From Collinsella sp. (GTDB lineage Bacteria > Actinomycetota > Coriobacteriia > Coriobacteriales > Coriobacteriaceae): a stretch of 64,000 bases of DNA. Of the stretch, positions 48,580 to 59,113 are shown in pieces. Position 1 is the first letter of the stretch; the number at the start of each line of letters is the position of its first letter. The notes under the pieces are model-generated. The model had not been told where the DNA came from, ran no database searches, and saw only the letters and a program-made list of their open reading frames with translations. The DNA is taken from the NCBI GenBank assembly GCA_019414055.1, contig DXMV01000025.1:41295-105294 (forward strand). Reading direction: 5' to 3'. The position numbers and the translations under genes are program-made.

Positions 48580-49419
48580 GTGATTGATTCGGAACAGCTT
48601 AAGCAACATATGGTCAAGGCCGTAGAGGAGATTCGAGCCACCAATCCGATGGCCGGCTCCATCACCAACACGGTGACGATCGACTTTGTCGCCAACGCGC
48701 AGCTCGCCGTGGGCGGTTCGGCCGCCATGGTCTATCTGCCCGACGAGGGCGAGGCGCTCGTTGCCGGCGGCGCCGCCATCTATCTCAACATGGGCACGCT
48801 CTTCCCCATCTACGAGCAGACGATTCCCCGCGCGGCCAAGGCGGCACACGACGCCGGCAAGCCCTGGGTGCTCGATCCGGTGGGTCTGGGCATCGGTAGC
48901 CTGCGCACCCAGCTGGTAAACGAGCTCAAGCAGTACAAGCCCGCCATCGTACGCGGCAACGCCTCCGAGATCATCGCACTCTCCGGCCTGTGGGGTCTTG
49001 AGGGCGAGTCGGCCGATCTGAGCCGCGTACGTGGTGTCGATACCACCGACACGGTCGACGCCGCCCGCGATGCCGCCGTGGCGCTCGCTCGCTACACCGG
49101 CGGCGCCGTTGTGGTCTCGGGCGAAGTCGACCTGATTACCGACGGCACGACCGTGGCCAAATCCCACGGCGGCAGCCCGCTCATGTCCAAGATCACCGGC
49201 TGCGGTTGCTCGCAGGGCGGCGTGCTGGCCGTGTACGCCTGTGCTACCGATCCGTTTACGGCAGCAGTCTGCGGCACCGCCGTCTACAACGTTGCCGGCA
49301 CGCGTGCCGCCGCCGTCGCCGATGCCCCGGCAAGCTTTAAGGTCGCCTTTATCGACGAGCTCTACCGCGCAACCGCCCAGGATATTGCCGACAACCGACT
49401 CGAGCTCGAGGAGGCATAA
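48580..49419 (+). CDS. thiM: Hydroxyethylthiazole kinase
   Basis: ITNTVT..FVAN, WVLDPVG, RGNASEI, ITGCGC. Confidence 0.92.
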   Translation: MIDSEQLKQHMVKAVEEIRATNPMAGSITNTVTIDFVANAQLAVGGSAAMVYLPDEGEALVAGGAAIYLNMGTLFPIYEQTIPRAAKAAHDAGKPWVLDPVGLGIGSLRTQLVNELKQYKPAIVRGNASEIIALSGLWGLEGESADLSRVRGVDTTDTVDAARDAAVALARYTGGAVVVSGEVDLITDGTTVAKSHGGSPLMSKITGCGCSQGGVLAVYACATDPFTAAVCGTAVYNVAGTRAAAVADAPASFKVAFIDELYRATAQDIADNRLELEEA

Positions 49420-49422
49420 GCC

Positions 49423-49764
49423 ATGTCCGAACCCGCAACCAATGCCGGCATGAACACGCTCGTCGCCGTGGCCATCGCCCCATGCGGCACCGGCGACGAG
49501 CTGTCCGCCGAGGTCGCCGAGGTCGTGCGCGTCATTCGCGAGAGCGGCCTTCCCAACCGCACCACCTCGATGTTCACCGAGATCGAGGGCGACTGGGACG
49601 AGGTCATGCAGGTCGTGCGCGACGCGACCTTTGTGTTGGCGAGCAAGGGCATCCGCACCGAAGTCGTGCTCAAAGCCGATATTCGACCCGGATTTACCGA
49701 CACCATGACCGGCAAACTCAAGCGCATGGAAGCACAGATCAAAAAGCAGGAGGAAGCACAATGA
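49423..49764 (+). CDS. Thiamine-binding protein (YkoF/MTH1187 family)
   Basis: SMFTEIEGDWDEVM motif; thi operon context. Confidence 0.85.
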   Translation: MSEPATNAGMNTLVAVAIAPCGTGDELSAEVAEVVRVIRESGLPNRTTSMFTEIEGDWDEVMQVVRDATFVLASKGIRTEVVLKADIRPGFTDTMTGKLKRMEAQIKKQEEAQ

Positions 49765-50456
49765 GCATCCGCGACAACCTTGATATCTCGGCCTATCTGG
49801 TACTCGGCCCCGAAAACACCCTCGGACGCCCCGTGGGCGATGTGGTGGCCCAGGCACTCGACGCCGGCTTTACCTGCATCCAGGTGCGCTCCAAGGTGGC
49901 AAGCGCCCGCGAGATCATTGCGCTGACCGACGACGCCGCGCAGGCAATCGCACAGGCCGGCAAGACCGGTCAGGTCGCCCTGTTAATCGATGACCGTCTG
50001 GACTGTGTGCTTGCCGCGCGCGAGCAGGGCATTGCCGTCGATGGCGTGCACGTAGGCCAGAGCGACATTCCCGTCGAGGTCTGCCGCAAGCTGCTGGGCC
50101 CCGATGCCATTGTGGGCCTTTCGGCCCGTTGCGAGGAGATGCTCGAGTACGTCAAGACCGCCGACATGAGCCTGGTCGACTACCTGGGCATCGGCCCGCT
50201 CCACGAGACCGAGACCAAGCGCGACTGCGGACGCGCGGCCGACGGCTCTATCATCACCAAGAGCTTTGAGGACCTTGCCGCACTCCACGCGGCAAGCCCC
50301 GTGCCCATCGTGGTGGGCGGCGGCGTTAAGACGGCCGACTTGCCGCAGCTTAAGGCCACCGGCGTCGACGGCTTCTTTGTGGTAAGCGCCGTCTGCAGCG
50401 CCGACGACCCCCATGCCGCAGCCAAGGAGCTTGTCGACACCTGGCAGCAGGCATAG
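49761..50456 (+). CDS. thiE: Thiamine phosphate synthase
   Basis: IQVRSK, IDDRLD, GVHVGQSD, GIGP..ET.TK. Confidence 0.9.
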   Translation: MSIRDNLDISAYLVLGPENTLGRPVGDVVAQALDAGFTCIQVRSKVASAREIIALTDDAAQAIAQAGKTGQVALLIDDRLDCVLAAREQGIAVDGVHVGQSDIPVEVCRKLLGPDAIVGLSARCEEMLEYVKTADMSLVDYLGIGPLHETETKRDCGRAADGSIITKSFEDLAALHAASPVPIVVGGGVKTADLPQLKATGVDGFFVVSAVCSADDPHAAAKELVDTWQQA

Positions 50457-50557
50457 GCATAGGCCGAACAGCTGATTCGCAGCCTCATATCTTCAGCAAT
50501 GGAAAGCGCATCCCAGTTTGGGCCTCCATTCCGGGATGCGCTTTCCGTATGCGACCC

Positions 50558-51427
50558 TTACCCCGCCAGATACGCTTCCAACGCCGGCAAAGTCGCCTCT
50601 GCATCGTGGCGGCCGACCTGGTAGATGCGCTCGAGCTCATCCGGTTCGCGGCACAGCGACGGCACCTTCACCGATTCGCTCGGCCGCACCACAAAGATTT
50701 CGCCGGCAGCCTCTCGACGTGCCAGGTCATCGAGCGTGGCATTGTAGACCTCATGCCGATGCTCAAGCGCTGCAACAAACTCCGGATAGTGACGGAACAC
50801 GCGCCGCAGCATGGGCATCACGCTGTTGGGCTGCTTCACAAAGCCCGCCGGCTGCGTGAGTACCACGATATTGCGGTCATACCCCTGCGCAAACAGCCAT
50901 GCGCTGGGAATAGAATCAGCCACGCCACCATCCAGATACTTATGCCCGTCAATAGCAACGGGACGCGTCGCCACAGGAATGGCAGACGACGCCCGGATCC
51001 ACTCGATATCGCGCTCGTTGCCATACGGTAGATCGTGGTAGACGGCCTTGCCCGTCTCGATATCGGTACACACGCACGTAAATCGCATGGGGCAGGCGCG
51101 ATACGCCTCCAAGTCGATGGGATCGCGCTCGATAGGCACCTCGTGATAGGCAAAATCGGCATTGAACATATCGCCGGTTCGCAGCCAGCTGGTCACGCTC
51201 GCATAGCGCTTGTCGGCGCAATAAGCCTTGTTGTAACGAATGGCACGGCCGATCTGGCGCGATTTAAAGTTGTAGCCAAACGCCGCGCCCGCCGAGACAC
51301 CCACCATATGGTCGCAGGTCAAACCGCGCTCCATCCAAACGTCGAGCACGCCCGCCGTATACATACCGCGGTAGCCGCCTCCCTCGAGCGCAAGCCCCAC
51401 CGTGCGCGTCGTATCCGGCTGTGCCAT
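50558..51427 (-). CDS. Patatin-like phospholipase
   Basis: EGGGYRG, GVSAG, DGG motifs. Confidence 0.9.
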   Translation of the reverse strand: MAQPDTTRTVGLALEGGGYRGMYTAGVLDVWMERGLTCDHMVGVSAGAAFGYNFKSRQIGRAIRYNKAYCADKRYASVTSWLRTGDMFNADFAYHEVPIERDPIDLEAYRACPMRFTCVCTDIETGKAVYHDLPYGNERDIEWIRASSAIPVATRPVAIDGHKYLDGGVADSIPSAWLFAQGYDRNIVVLTQPAGFVKQPNSVMPMLRRVFRHYPEFVAALEHRHEVYNATLDDLARREAAGEIFVVRPSESVKVPSLCREPDELERIYQVGRHDAEATLPALEAYLAG

Positions 51428-51746
51428 GTGACCATCTCCGTTCCTGCGTTTTAAAACGGGACAAGTATACCCGTCAACATATATCGACTCAGTCGCATTT
51501 TTCATGCGCACCCAGGCGTTGCCGTTTGGCGAATAATAGCCGCCCACAGCATGTGCGCCCATATATAATTGTGCACTGTTGTCTATACTACTCAGCTGTT
51601 ATCAACAGCGAACATTAGCCGGCAAAGTAACTCAACAACGCAGCAAGGCGGGGGCCTGGATACACGCAAGGCGCCGAGCAACGACGCGTGTACACTACGA
51701 GCTCGCCCGACGCCATCCGCCCCGACCTCAGAAAGCCGCTTACAAC

Positions 51747-54464
51747 ATGGACACCGCCAGCAATTACACCGAAACGCTCGAAAAGACCGTCCGTGACCTT
51801 CTCGAGCGTCAGGATGATCTGATTAGGACGGCCTTTACCGACCAGCTCACCGGACTTGGCAACCGCGGCGGCTTTGCCCGTTCCCTAGAGGAAATCTGGG
51901 AGCAGGAACTGCCCGTGACCATGGCGTTTATCGACATCGATAACCTTAAGCACTGCAACGACGTCTTTGGGCATGACGAGGGCAACCGCTATATCTTGCA
52001 GGTAAGTCTCTATCTCAAGCTGTATATGAAAGTGGACGAGGCGGCGTTTCGCATAGGCGGCGACGAGTTTGCCATCCTGTCTACGATTGCGACCGAGGAC
52101 GACCTCGCCGAGCGCCTGGAACACTGCCGAACGGTCCTACTCAAAAACAACGATTCCGAGATGCCTCACTCGTTTAGCTACGGAGTGTCGCACGCCGACC
52201 CCGCCCTGGGCGAAGCCTCCAATCGCATGACACTCGATGCCGACCATCGCATGTACGACTACAAGCTACGCCATGCCATGCATCTTGATCGACGCAATAT
52301 CGCGCAAGTCCACACCGACGACTTCGAAATAAGCGATCGCGTTTTTGACGCCTTTTCGATGCTCAACGAAGGCCGTTATTGCTTTATCGAGAACTTGGAC
52401 AAACATCGCACCCTATGGTCACAAGGCGCCCTGCGCGATCTCGGTCTTCCTTCTGAGCATGTAGACAACTGCCACGATTACTGGAAAACGCGCGTCCACC
52501 CCGATGACCTTGAGGCCTACATCAACGACATCGACCAAATCTATAATGGCTCCAAACACCGCCGCGTCATGCAGTACCGCATGCGCAATGCCGCGGGCGA
52601 CTACGTCCTCTGCCGCGCTCGCGGGTTTCGCATCGACGGCGACGGAAATACCCCCTCGCTCTATGTCGGCGAACTTGTTAACCACTCACTCGCCGAGACC
52701 GTCGACGCCGCCACGGGCCTCGGAACGCAGCGTATGCTGATCAACGCTATCGATGCCTGCCGTCGCGACCGTTGCGAGACGGGGCTTATAGCGGTCCGCG
52801 TTTGTGGCACGGCAAAGTTCAACGAGCTCTACGGGGCCGAGGCTGTCGACAACATGCTCGCCGAATACGCAGGCCGCATGTTATCGATCACCCGCGGCAG
52901 AAGTCGCGTCTTCCGCTCGCGAAACGCCCAGTTCGTCGTACTCAGCAACGATCTGGACCACGAGGCATTCGAGCAACTGACCCATCATCTTAAAGAGGCC
53001 GTTTTCGCTCCTGTTCGAATCGCGAACGACACCATTACCCCCGTCTGTCTTGTCGTCCCGGCCTTTTACGAGCGCTTAATCAATCAAGCGACCGCTGTTT
53101 TAGGCGAACTCGACCGTCGTCTTCGCGCCGCCGGCGGGCTTGCACCCAACGACAGCCTCCCCATACCCGAGATTGAGCGTAAAAGCGCCGTCGCCGAACG
53201 CATCGATACGCTCACGGGCCTCTATCGACCCAGCGAGTTTATGCGGCGTGCCAACGCATTTCTTAAGACAAGGCGCGACGCCGCTTGGTGTATCGCCACC
53301 GTCGACATGGGTCATATGCGACTGTTCAACGAATGGCACGGACAGGCCGAGGGCGACCGCGTGCTCGCCGATGTGGGCACGGTCCTCAAAGACATCGAGA
53401 ATGCCGAGATGGGCGTCGCAGGATACTGGGGCCAAGACGACTTTTGCATTCTCATCCCCTTTGAGCACGACACCGTCCATCAAATCTATAACCGCGTTCG
53501 CGCCGCCGTGGCCAAGCATGATGGCGGCGTGGGTTTCTGGCCGTCCATGGGCGTTTGCCCCATCGACCCCAACGAGGAAATCACCATCGACGCGCAGGCC
53601 AAGGCCATGTTTACCAATCGGCGCGCCAAAAACGATTTTAAGGATCGCATCGCCGTCTTTCGCCCCGAGGAATACAAGCGCGAGGTGGCGTTTCACCGCA
53701 CCCTCACCGAGTTCCAGTATGCGCTCTCAAACGACCGCATCACCTACTACCTGCAGCCCCAGGTTGATATGGAAACCGGCGAGATCATTGGCGCCGAAGC
53801 ACTCACCCGCTGGATTGACAAGGACGGCTCTCTCATTTCGCCCGCAACGTTTATCCCCGCACTCGAGGAAAGCGGCTTTGTGGTGACGCTCGACAAGTAC
53901 ATTTGGCAGGGTGTCGCCTCGTGGCTGCGCGGGCGCATCGATCGAGGACTTTGCGTGGTTCCGGTCTCGCTTAATGTGTCGCGCGTGGATATCCTTGCCT
54001 GCGACGTTGCCGAACATATGGGGGCGCTCGCCGCCCAATACAACCTACCGCCCGAGCTCATGCGTATCGAGATCACCGAGACGGCTTATACGGGGGAGTC
54101 CGAGGCCGTGGACAAACTGACAGCCGACCTGCACACCCGCGGCTTCTCGACCTATATGGACGATTTTGGCACCGGCCAGTCCACGCTCGCGATGCTCAAG
54201 AACGTCAACGTCGACGTCATCAAGCTCGACCGCACCTTTGTGCCCACCGACCGCGATCAAGGCCGCAGCGCGCAGATCGTGTCATCGATGCTCGAGATGG
54301 CGCAGTCGCTCCATCTGCCCGTCGTGGTCGAAGGCGTCGAGACAAATGAGCAGGCAAACATACTACGCCACATGGGCGCCCGCTACGCTCAGGGCTTCCT
54401 CTACTACCGCCCCATGCCGGCGAATGATTTTGAGGCATTGCTCGATGGTGGCAAAAACAACTGA
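51747..54464 (+). CDS. GGDEF-PAS-(GGDEF)x2-EAL c-di-GMP protein
   Basis: Intact RIGGDEF, VHPDD PAS, two degenerate GGDEF-like domains, GAEAL, EITE, DDFGTG, IKLD, EGVE, QG. Confidence 0.9.
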   Translation: MDTASNYTETLEKTVRDLLERQDDLIRTAFTDQLTGLGNRGGFARSLEEIWEQELPVTMAFIDIDNLKHCNDVFGHDEGNRYILQVSLYLKLYMKVDEAAFRIGGDEFAILSTIATEDDLAERLEHCRTVLLKNNDSEMPHSFSYGVSHADPALGEASNRMTLDADHRMYDYKLRHAMHLDRRNIAQVHTDDFEISDRVFDAFSMLNEGRYCFIENLDKHRTLWSQGALRDLGLPSEHVDNCHDYWKTRVHPDDLEAYINDIDQIYNGSKHRRVMQYRMRNAAGDYVLCRARGFRIDGDGNTPSLYVGELVNHSLAETVDAATGLGTQRMLINAIDACRRDRCETGLIAVRVCGTAKFNELYGAEAVDNMLAEYAGRMLSITRGRSRVFRSRNAQFVVLSNDLDHEAFEQLTHHLKEAVFAPVRIANDTITPVCLVVPAFYERLINQATAVLGELDRRLRAAGGLAPNDSLPIPEIERKSAVAERIDTLTGLYRPSEFMRRANAFLKTRRDAAWCIATVDMGHMRLFNEWHGQAEGDRVLADVGTVLKDIENAEMGVAGYWGQDDFCILIPFEHDTVHQIYNRVRAAVAKHDGGVGFWPSMGVCPIDPNEEITIDAQAKAMFTNRRAKNDFKDRIAVFRPEEYKREVAFHRTLTEFQYALSNDRITYYLQPQVDMETGEIIGAEALTRWIDKDGSLISPATFIPALEESGFVVTLDKYIWQGVASWLRGRIDRGLCVVPVSLNVSRVDILACDVAEHMGALAAQYNLPPELMRIEITETAYTGESEAVDKLTADLHTRGFSTYMDDFGTGQSTLAMLKNVNVDVIKLDRTFVPTDRDQGRSAQIVSSMLEMAQSLHLPVVVEGVETNEQANILRHMGARYAQGFLYYRPMPANDFEALLDGGKNN

Positions 54465-54591
54465 TACGCTCGCGCGCAAAACACCACCGCCGAAGGGGAC
54501 ATTTGTCTCCATTAGCTAACTTATATCCCCAATTCAAACCGAATTGGGGATATGATACAAACCGTTGTTCTGCCCAAGGAGGTTATTCATC

Positions 54592-56121
54592 ATGAACGAG
54601 TCATATCGCTTGGGCGAGCAATCGATTATTGCCTATCTTCAGCGACTTGCGAATGGTGTCTCGACCGCCGAACTCGATGTTTCCGTGCTGCCTGCTGAGC
54701 TACGCGCCGTTGGTGAGCAACTGCAAAAGACGCATGCCATCCTGCAACAAGAGCGCCAGCTGCTTGAGTGCAACGCCTATATCGATCCGCTCACCAACTT
54801 GGACAACCGTGGCGGACTCGACCGTCACGTCGAGCAGCTCTGGCGCAAAGGCGACCCCTTCACCTGCGCCTATATTGACATCGACCATCTCAAGCATTGC
54901 AATGATAGGTTTGGCCACGCCGAAGGCAATCGCTATATTCTGAGCATCTGTCGCACGCTCTCCGAAACCATGGAGCACGATGAGATGCTGTTCCGTATCG
55001 ATGGAGACGAGTTTGTGCTTATCTCGCTCTCTGCAAACGAGACTGAACTCGAGCAGCGCTTGGAGCAGGTACGTGCCGGGCTGATCGAGGCGAGCTCAGG
55101 TGGCAAGGCGCCCATGATCGCTAGCTTTAGCTTTGGCTGCTCGCGCGTCAATCCACTTGCCGGCGACACGCGTCGCCAGATGACGATGGATGCCGATCGC
55201 AAGATGTATCGCTATAAGCTTATGCATCGTGTGCAGCAACCGAAAGACAATGACGCGCCGCCACACCCAATTGCCGAGCAGCTTCCGTGCAACGACCGCG
55301 TATTCCAAGCGATCTCTATGAGCTCCGAGACGCGCTATCCGTTTATCCTCAATCTCGATACGGGCGAATCACAATGGTCGGTTAATGCCGTACGCGATTT
55401 TGACCTGCCCTCCCAGCATCCCTACAACTCACTCGACTTGTGGCTTGCCCGCGTTCACCCCGAGGACCGCGACAACGTACGCGCCGAGCTCGACATGGTG
55501 ATAAACGGTACGTGGCACTTCCACTACATGCAGTATCGCGTGATGGATGCCACCGAAGCATACGTGCTTTGCGACTGCACGGGCTACCGCTTGGACGGCA
55601 CCGATACCGAGCCCAACATGTACGTGGGCATGATTATCAACCGCAGCTTGGCAGATACGACCGATTCCGTGACCGGCCTGGGCGACATCCACGCCCTGGT
55701 CAACGCCATTGGCGAAATGCGTCGCGTCGCGCGCAAGGCGGGCTTGGTCGCCATTAAAATCGACGATATCGCTCAGGTCAATGCCCGCTTTGGCTTTGAT
55801 GCAGGCGACCGCGTTTTGGCGGAGAGCGCCGCCTGCCTCATGGATTGTTCGCGCGGTAAGGGTCGTCTGTTCCGCTCGACCGGACCGATGTTCGTGGCGC
55901 TTTTCGACGAATTCGATCCCGAAGAGACCGACGCGATCGCAAAGGAAATCGAGCGGTTCCTGGGCTCTCCCGTGCTCTTTGGCTCGTTTGAATATCAGCC
56001 GCCCCTTCGCGTGGCCACGCTTCATCTGGATACCGTCGACCGACAGCCCGTTTCCATTTTGAACGAGCTCAAAGTGTTGCTCGGGAAAGCCGTGCAGGTG
56101 CCAGGTACCAAACTGGATTAG
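54592..56121 (+). CDS. GGDEF-PAS-GGDEF protein with degenerate active sites
   Basis: DPLTNLDNR, RIDGDEF, VHPED, second domain RSTGPMF. Confidence 0.85.
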   Translation: MNESYRLGEQSIIAYLQRLANGVSTAELDVSVLPAELRAVGEQLQKTHAILQQERQLLECNAYIDPLTNLDNRGGLDRHVEQLWRKGDPFTCAYIDIDHLKHCNDRFGHAEGNRYILSICRTLSETMEHDEMLFRIDGDEFVLISLSANETELEQRLEQVRAGLIEASSGGKAPMIASFSFGCSRVNPLAGDTRRQMTMDADRKMYRYKLMHRVQQPKDNDAPPHPIAEQLPCNDRVFQAISMSSETRYPFILNLDTGESQWSVNAVRDFDLPSQHPYNSLDLWLARVHPEDRDNVRAELDMVINGTWHFHYMQYRVMDATEAYVLCDCTGYRLDGTDTEPNMYVGMIINRSLADTTDSVTGLGDIHALVNAIGEMRRVARKAGLVAIKIDDIAQVNARFGFDAGDRVLAESAACLMDCSRGKGRLFRSTGPMFVALFDEFDPEETDAIAKEIERFLGSPVLFGSFEYQPPLRVATLHLDTVDRQPVSILNELKVLLGKAVQVPGTKLD

Positions 56122-56195
56122 CACCACGCCCGCACCGCCTCCCCCATCGTGCGATAATCCTCTGCAGAAGTCACCAACAGCAGAGGGAGTTTGTG

Positions 56196-56819
56196 ATGAA
56201 GGTTCTTTTGGTCAATGGCAGCCCCAAGGCAAACGGCAACACCGCTCGCGCGCTCGCCGAAGTCGCCGAGCAACTTAAAGCCGAGGGCATCGACAGCGAG
56301 GTATTCCAACTGGGCGCCAAGCCCATCCGCGACTGCATCGGCTGCGGTCAGTGCGGCAAGCTTGGCGGTCGCTGCACCTTTGACGACGACGTGGTGAACG
56401 AGCTCATCGCTGCCGCCGAGCAGGCAGACGGTTTTGTCTTTGGCTCCCCCGTCTACTATGCGCATCCCAGCGGACGCATCCTCTCGGCTCTCGACCGCGC
56501 ATTCTATGCTGGCAGCAAGGCCTTTGTGCACAAGCCGGGTGCCGCGGTCGCCGTCGCCCGTCGCGGCGGCACGTCGACCACCTTCGATGTACTCAACAAA
56601 TACTTCACTATCAACCAGATGCCCGTGGTGGCCTCCACATACTGGAACAACGTCTTTGGTGCCATGCCGGGCGAGGCCGCCCAGGACGCCGAGGGCCTGG
56701 CCACCATGCGCAACATCGGCAAGAACATGGCTTGGCTCCTGCATTGTATCGAGGCAGGACAGGCTGCCGGCATCGAAGCCCCCGAAGCCGATCGCGAGCG
56801 CACCAACTTCATTCGTTAG
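56196..56819 (+). CDS. Flavodoxin-like iron-sulfur flavoprotein
   Basis: NGSP..NGNT, CIGCGQC...C, GSPVY. Confidence 0.88.
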   Translation: MKVLLVNGSPKANGNTARALAEVAEQLKAEGIDSEVFQLGAKPIRDCIGCGQCGKLGGRCTFDDDVVNELIAAAEQADGFVFGSPVYYAHPSGRILSALDRAFYAGSKAFVHKPGAAVAVARRGGTSTTFDVLNKYFTINQMPVVASTYWNNVFGAMPGEAAQDAEGLATMRNIGKNMAWLLHCIEAGQAAGIEAPEADRERTNFIR

Positions 56820-56830
56820 AACGGCGGAAC

Positions 56831-57172
56831 ATGAATATCCAGATTTTTGGCACCAAGAAGTCCTTCGATACCAAGAAGGCCCAGCGCTATTTTAAGGAGC
56901 GCCGCATCAAGGTGCAGTTTATCGACCTTAAGGAAAAGGAGATGAGCAAAGGCGAGCTCACGAGCGTGATGCAGGCGGTCGGCGGCATCGACAAGCTGCT
57001 CAACCCCAAGGCCAAGGACGAGGAGACGCTCGCGCTCATCCAGCACCTCACCCCTAGCCAGCGCTTCGACAAGTTGCTCGAGAACCAGCAGGTTCTAGCC
57101 GAGCCCATCGTGCGCAACGGCAAAAAGGCCACCGTCGGTTATTGCCCCGATGTATGGGGAGCCTGGGAGTAG
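56831..57172 (+). CDS. ArsC/Spx family protein
   Basis: IQIFGTKKSFDTKKAQRYF, PIVRNGKKATVG. Confidence 0.8.
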   Translation: MNIQIFGTKKSFDTKKAQRYFKERRIKVQFIDLKEKEMSKGELTSVMQAVGGIDKLLNPKAKDEETLALIQHLTPSQRFDKLLENQQVLAEPIVRNGKKATVGYCPDVWGAWE

Positions 57173-57258
57173 CCTGTGTTATTTGCCGGCGCGTGGGTAT
57201 AAGAGCAGGCGTTTGGCATAAGATTCAACTGTAAGCCATGTCTAACAAAGGAGGGCAC

Positions 57259-58389
57259 ATGCCCAACAAACCCGTGAAGATCATCATGCTTACCGGATAC
57301 CTCGGTGCCGGCAAGACCACACTGCTCAACCACATCCTCGCTAACGACGGCGGCATCCGCGCCGCTGTGATCGTCAACGATATCGGCGAGATCAACGTCG
57401 ACGCCAGCCTCATCGCCGACGGCGGCCTTTCCGAGACCGACGACCTCATCCCGCTCACCAACGGCTGCATCTGCTGCACGCTTTCGGACGACCTTGCCAA
57501 CCAGCTGCAGGGCATCGCCGATTCGGGCAAGTTCGACTACATCATCATCGAGGCCTCGGGTATCTGCGAGCCTATCCCCATCGCCTACACCATCTCGAGC
57601 TTCTGCGACGAGGCCAAGGTGGGCGGCCAGCCCAAGCTTGCACTCGACAACATCGTGGCTGTGGTCGATTGCGCCCGCATGTACGACGAGTTCAACGGCG
57701 GCCGCGACCTGTTGGCCGAGGATATCGACGAGGACGACATCGAGAGCCTGCTCATCCAGCAGATCGAGTTCTGCTCCACGCTGATCCTCAACAAGACCGA
57801 TACCGTGAGCCCTGAGCAGATCGCCGAGCTCAAGGCTATCGTGCGCAGCCTGCAGAAGGACGCCGTGATTGTCGAGGCCCAAAACGGCGAGGTCCCCATG
57901 GAGGAGCTGCTCGACACCGACCGCTTCGACTTTATGCGCGCCTACAACTCCGCCGCCTGGATCGAGGCCATGGAGCATCCCGAGGAGCACGACGACCCCG
58001 AGGTGCTCGAGTACGACATCGAGACCTTTGTGTACTCGCGCCGCAAGCCGTTTGACCTGCAGAAGTTCACCGATTTTGTTGAGCAGGAGTGGCCCGACGA
58101 GGTCATCCGCGTCAAGGGTCCGCTGTGGCAGACCGGCGATCCGGACATGTGCTACATGTTCGAGCAGGCCGGCCACCAAATGCGCCTGATGGAGAACGGT
58201 CTGTTCGTTGACTCCGCGCCCGAGGGCGAGAAGCAGAAGATCATCGACGAGAACCCCGAGATCATGCAGATTTGGGACGACGAGACGGGCGACCGCATGA
58301 CGAGCCTGTGCATCATCGGCCGTCACATGGACAAGGATGCGCTCATCGCCTCCCTCGATGCCTGCCTGACCGACTGGCACCGCGCCTAG
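57259..58389 (+). CDS. CobW/COG0523 metallochaperone GTPase
   Basis: GYLGAGKT, GCICC, EASG, NKTD, RVKG. Confidence 0.92.
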   Translation: MPNKPVKIIMLTGYLGAGKTTLLNHILANDGGIRAAVIVNDIGEINVDASLIADGGLSETDDLIPLTNGCICCTLSDDLANQLQGIADSGKFDYIIIEASGICEPIPIAYTISSFCDEAKVGGQPKLALDNIVAVVDCARMYDEFNGGRDLLAEDIDEDDIESLLIQQIEFCSTLILNKTDTVSPEQIAELKAIVRSLQKDAVIVEAQNGEVPMEELLDTDRFDFMRAYNSAAWIEAMEHPEEHDDPEVLEYDIETFVYSRRKPFDLQKFTDFVEQEWPDEVIRVKGPLWQTGDPDMCYMFEQAGHQMRLMENGLFVDSAPEGEKQKIIDENPEIMQIWDDETGDRMTSLCIIGRHMDKDALIASLDACLTDWHRA

Positions 58390-58484
58390 ATTTATCCAAG
58401 CGGGCATTTTTCCGCCTACGTAACCGCCAAACCACCACGAAGGTGCCCTTCGTGGTGGTTTTTCGTTCTGAGCCAAGGAGATTC

Positions 58485-59084
58485 ATGTTCAACATTGTGC
58501 TGTATGCGCCCGAGATTCCGGCCAATACGGGCAATATCGGCCGCACCTGCGTGGTTACCGGCGCCCGCCTGCATCTGGTGGAGCCGCTGGGGTTTTCGCT
58601 CGATGACAAGACGGTGCGTCGCGCCGGCCTGGGCTACTGGCAAAATTTGGACGTGACGACCTATGCCGGCTGGGAGGATTTCCTTGCGCGCAACGGCCTC
58701 TCCCCCGCCGACGAACGCCTGCATCTGCTGACCAAAAAGGCGCGCCGCACCTATGCGCAAAGTACCTACCGCGACGGTGACTTTTTGGTCTTTGGCAGCG
58801 AGAGCTCGGGGATTCCCGAGCCACTGCTTGCCGCGGCGCCCGAGCGCTGCGAGCGCATCCCCATGTTGCGCGATTGCGACTCGCTCGAAAACGCCGCCGC
58901 CTGGGAGGCCCACGAGGAGTCGCTCGGGCATACCGAGGACAGCCACGAAGCCATCCTTCGACAGGATATCTGCGGCAACTTCGTCGACCCGGACGACTAC
59001 CGCATCAGCGCTCTCAACCTCTCCAACAGCGCCGCCATCGTCCTCTACGAGGCCCTGCGCCAAACAGGCTTTCCGGGAATGTGA
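58485..59084 (+). CDS. trmL: tRNA (cytidine34-2'-O)-methyltransferase
   Basis: PEIPANTGNIGR, RRAGL, FGSESSG, RIPM, LNLSNS...YEALRQ. Confidence 0.9.
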   Translation: MFNIVLYAPEIPANTGNIGRTCVVTGARLHLVEPLGFSLDDKTVRRAGLGYWQNLDVTTYAGWEDFLARNGLSPADERLHLLTKKARRTYAQSTYRDGDFLVFGSESSGIPEPLLAAAPERCERIPMLRDCDSLENAAAWEAHEESLGHTEDSHEAILRQDICGNFVDPDDYRISALNLSNSAAIVLYEALRQTGFPGM

Positions 59085-59110
59085 CAAAGGAACTGTCCCT
59101 TTGTCACATT
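59078..59110. repeat. REP-like palindrome, copy 1
   Basis: AATGTGACAAAGG-AACTGTC-CCTTTGTCACATT; contains the trmL stop codon. Confidence 0.8.
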
Positions 59111-59113
59111 CGG

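Noticed and set aside
51560..51746. c-di-GMP riboswitch upstream of the GGDEF/EAL gene
   Set aside because: Only GGCAAA and ACGCAA fragments; the expected stems could not be built
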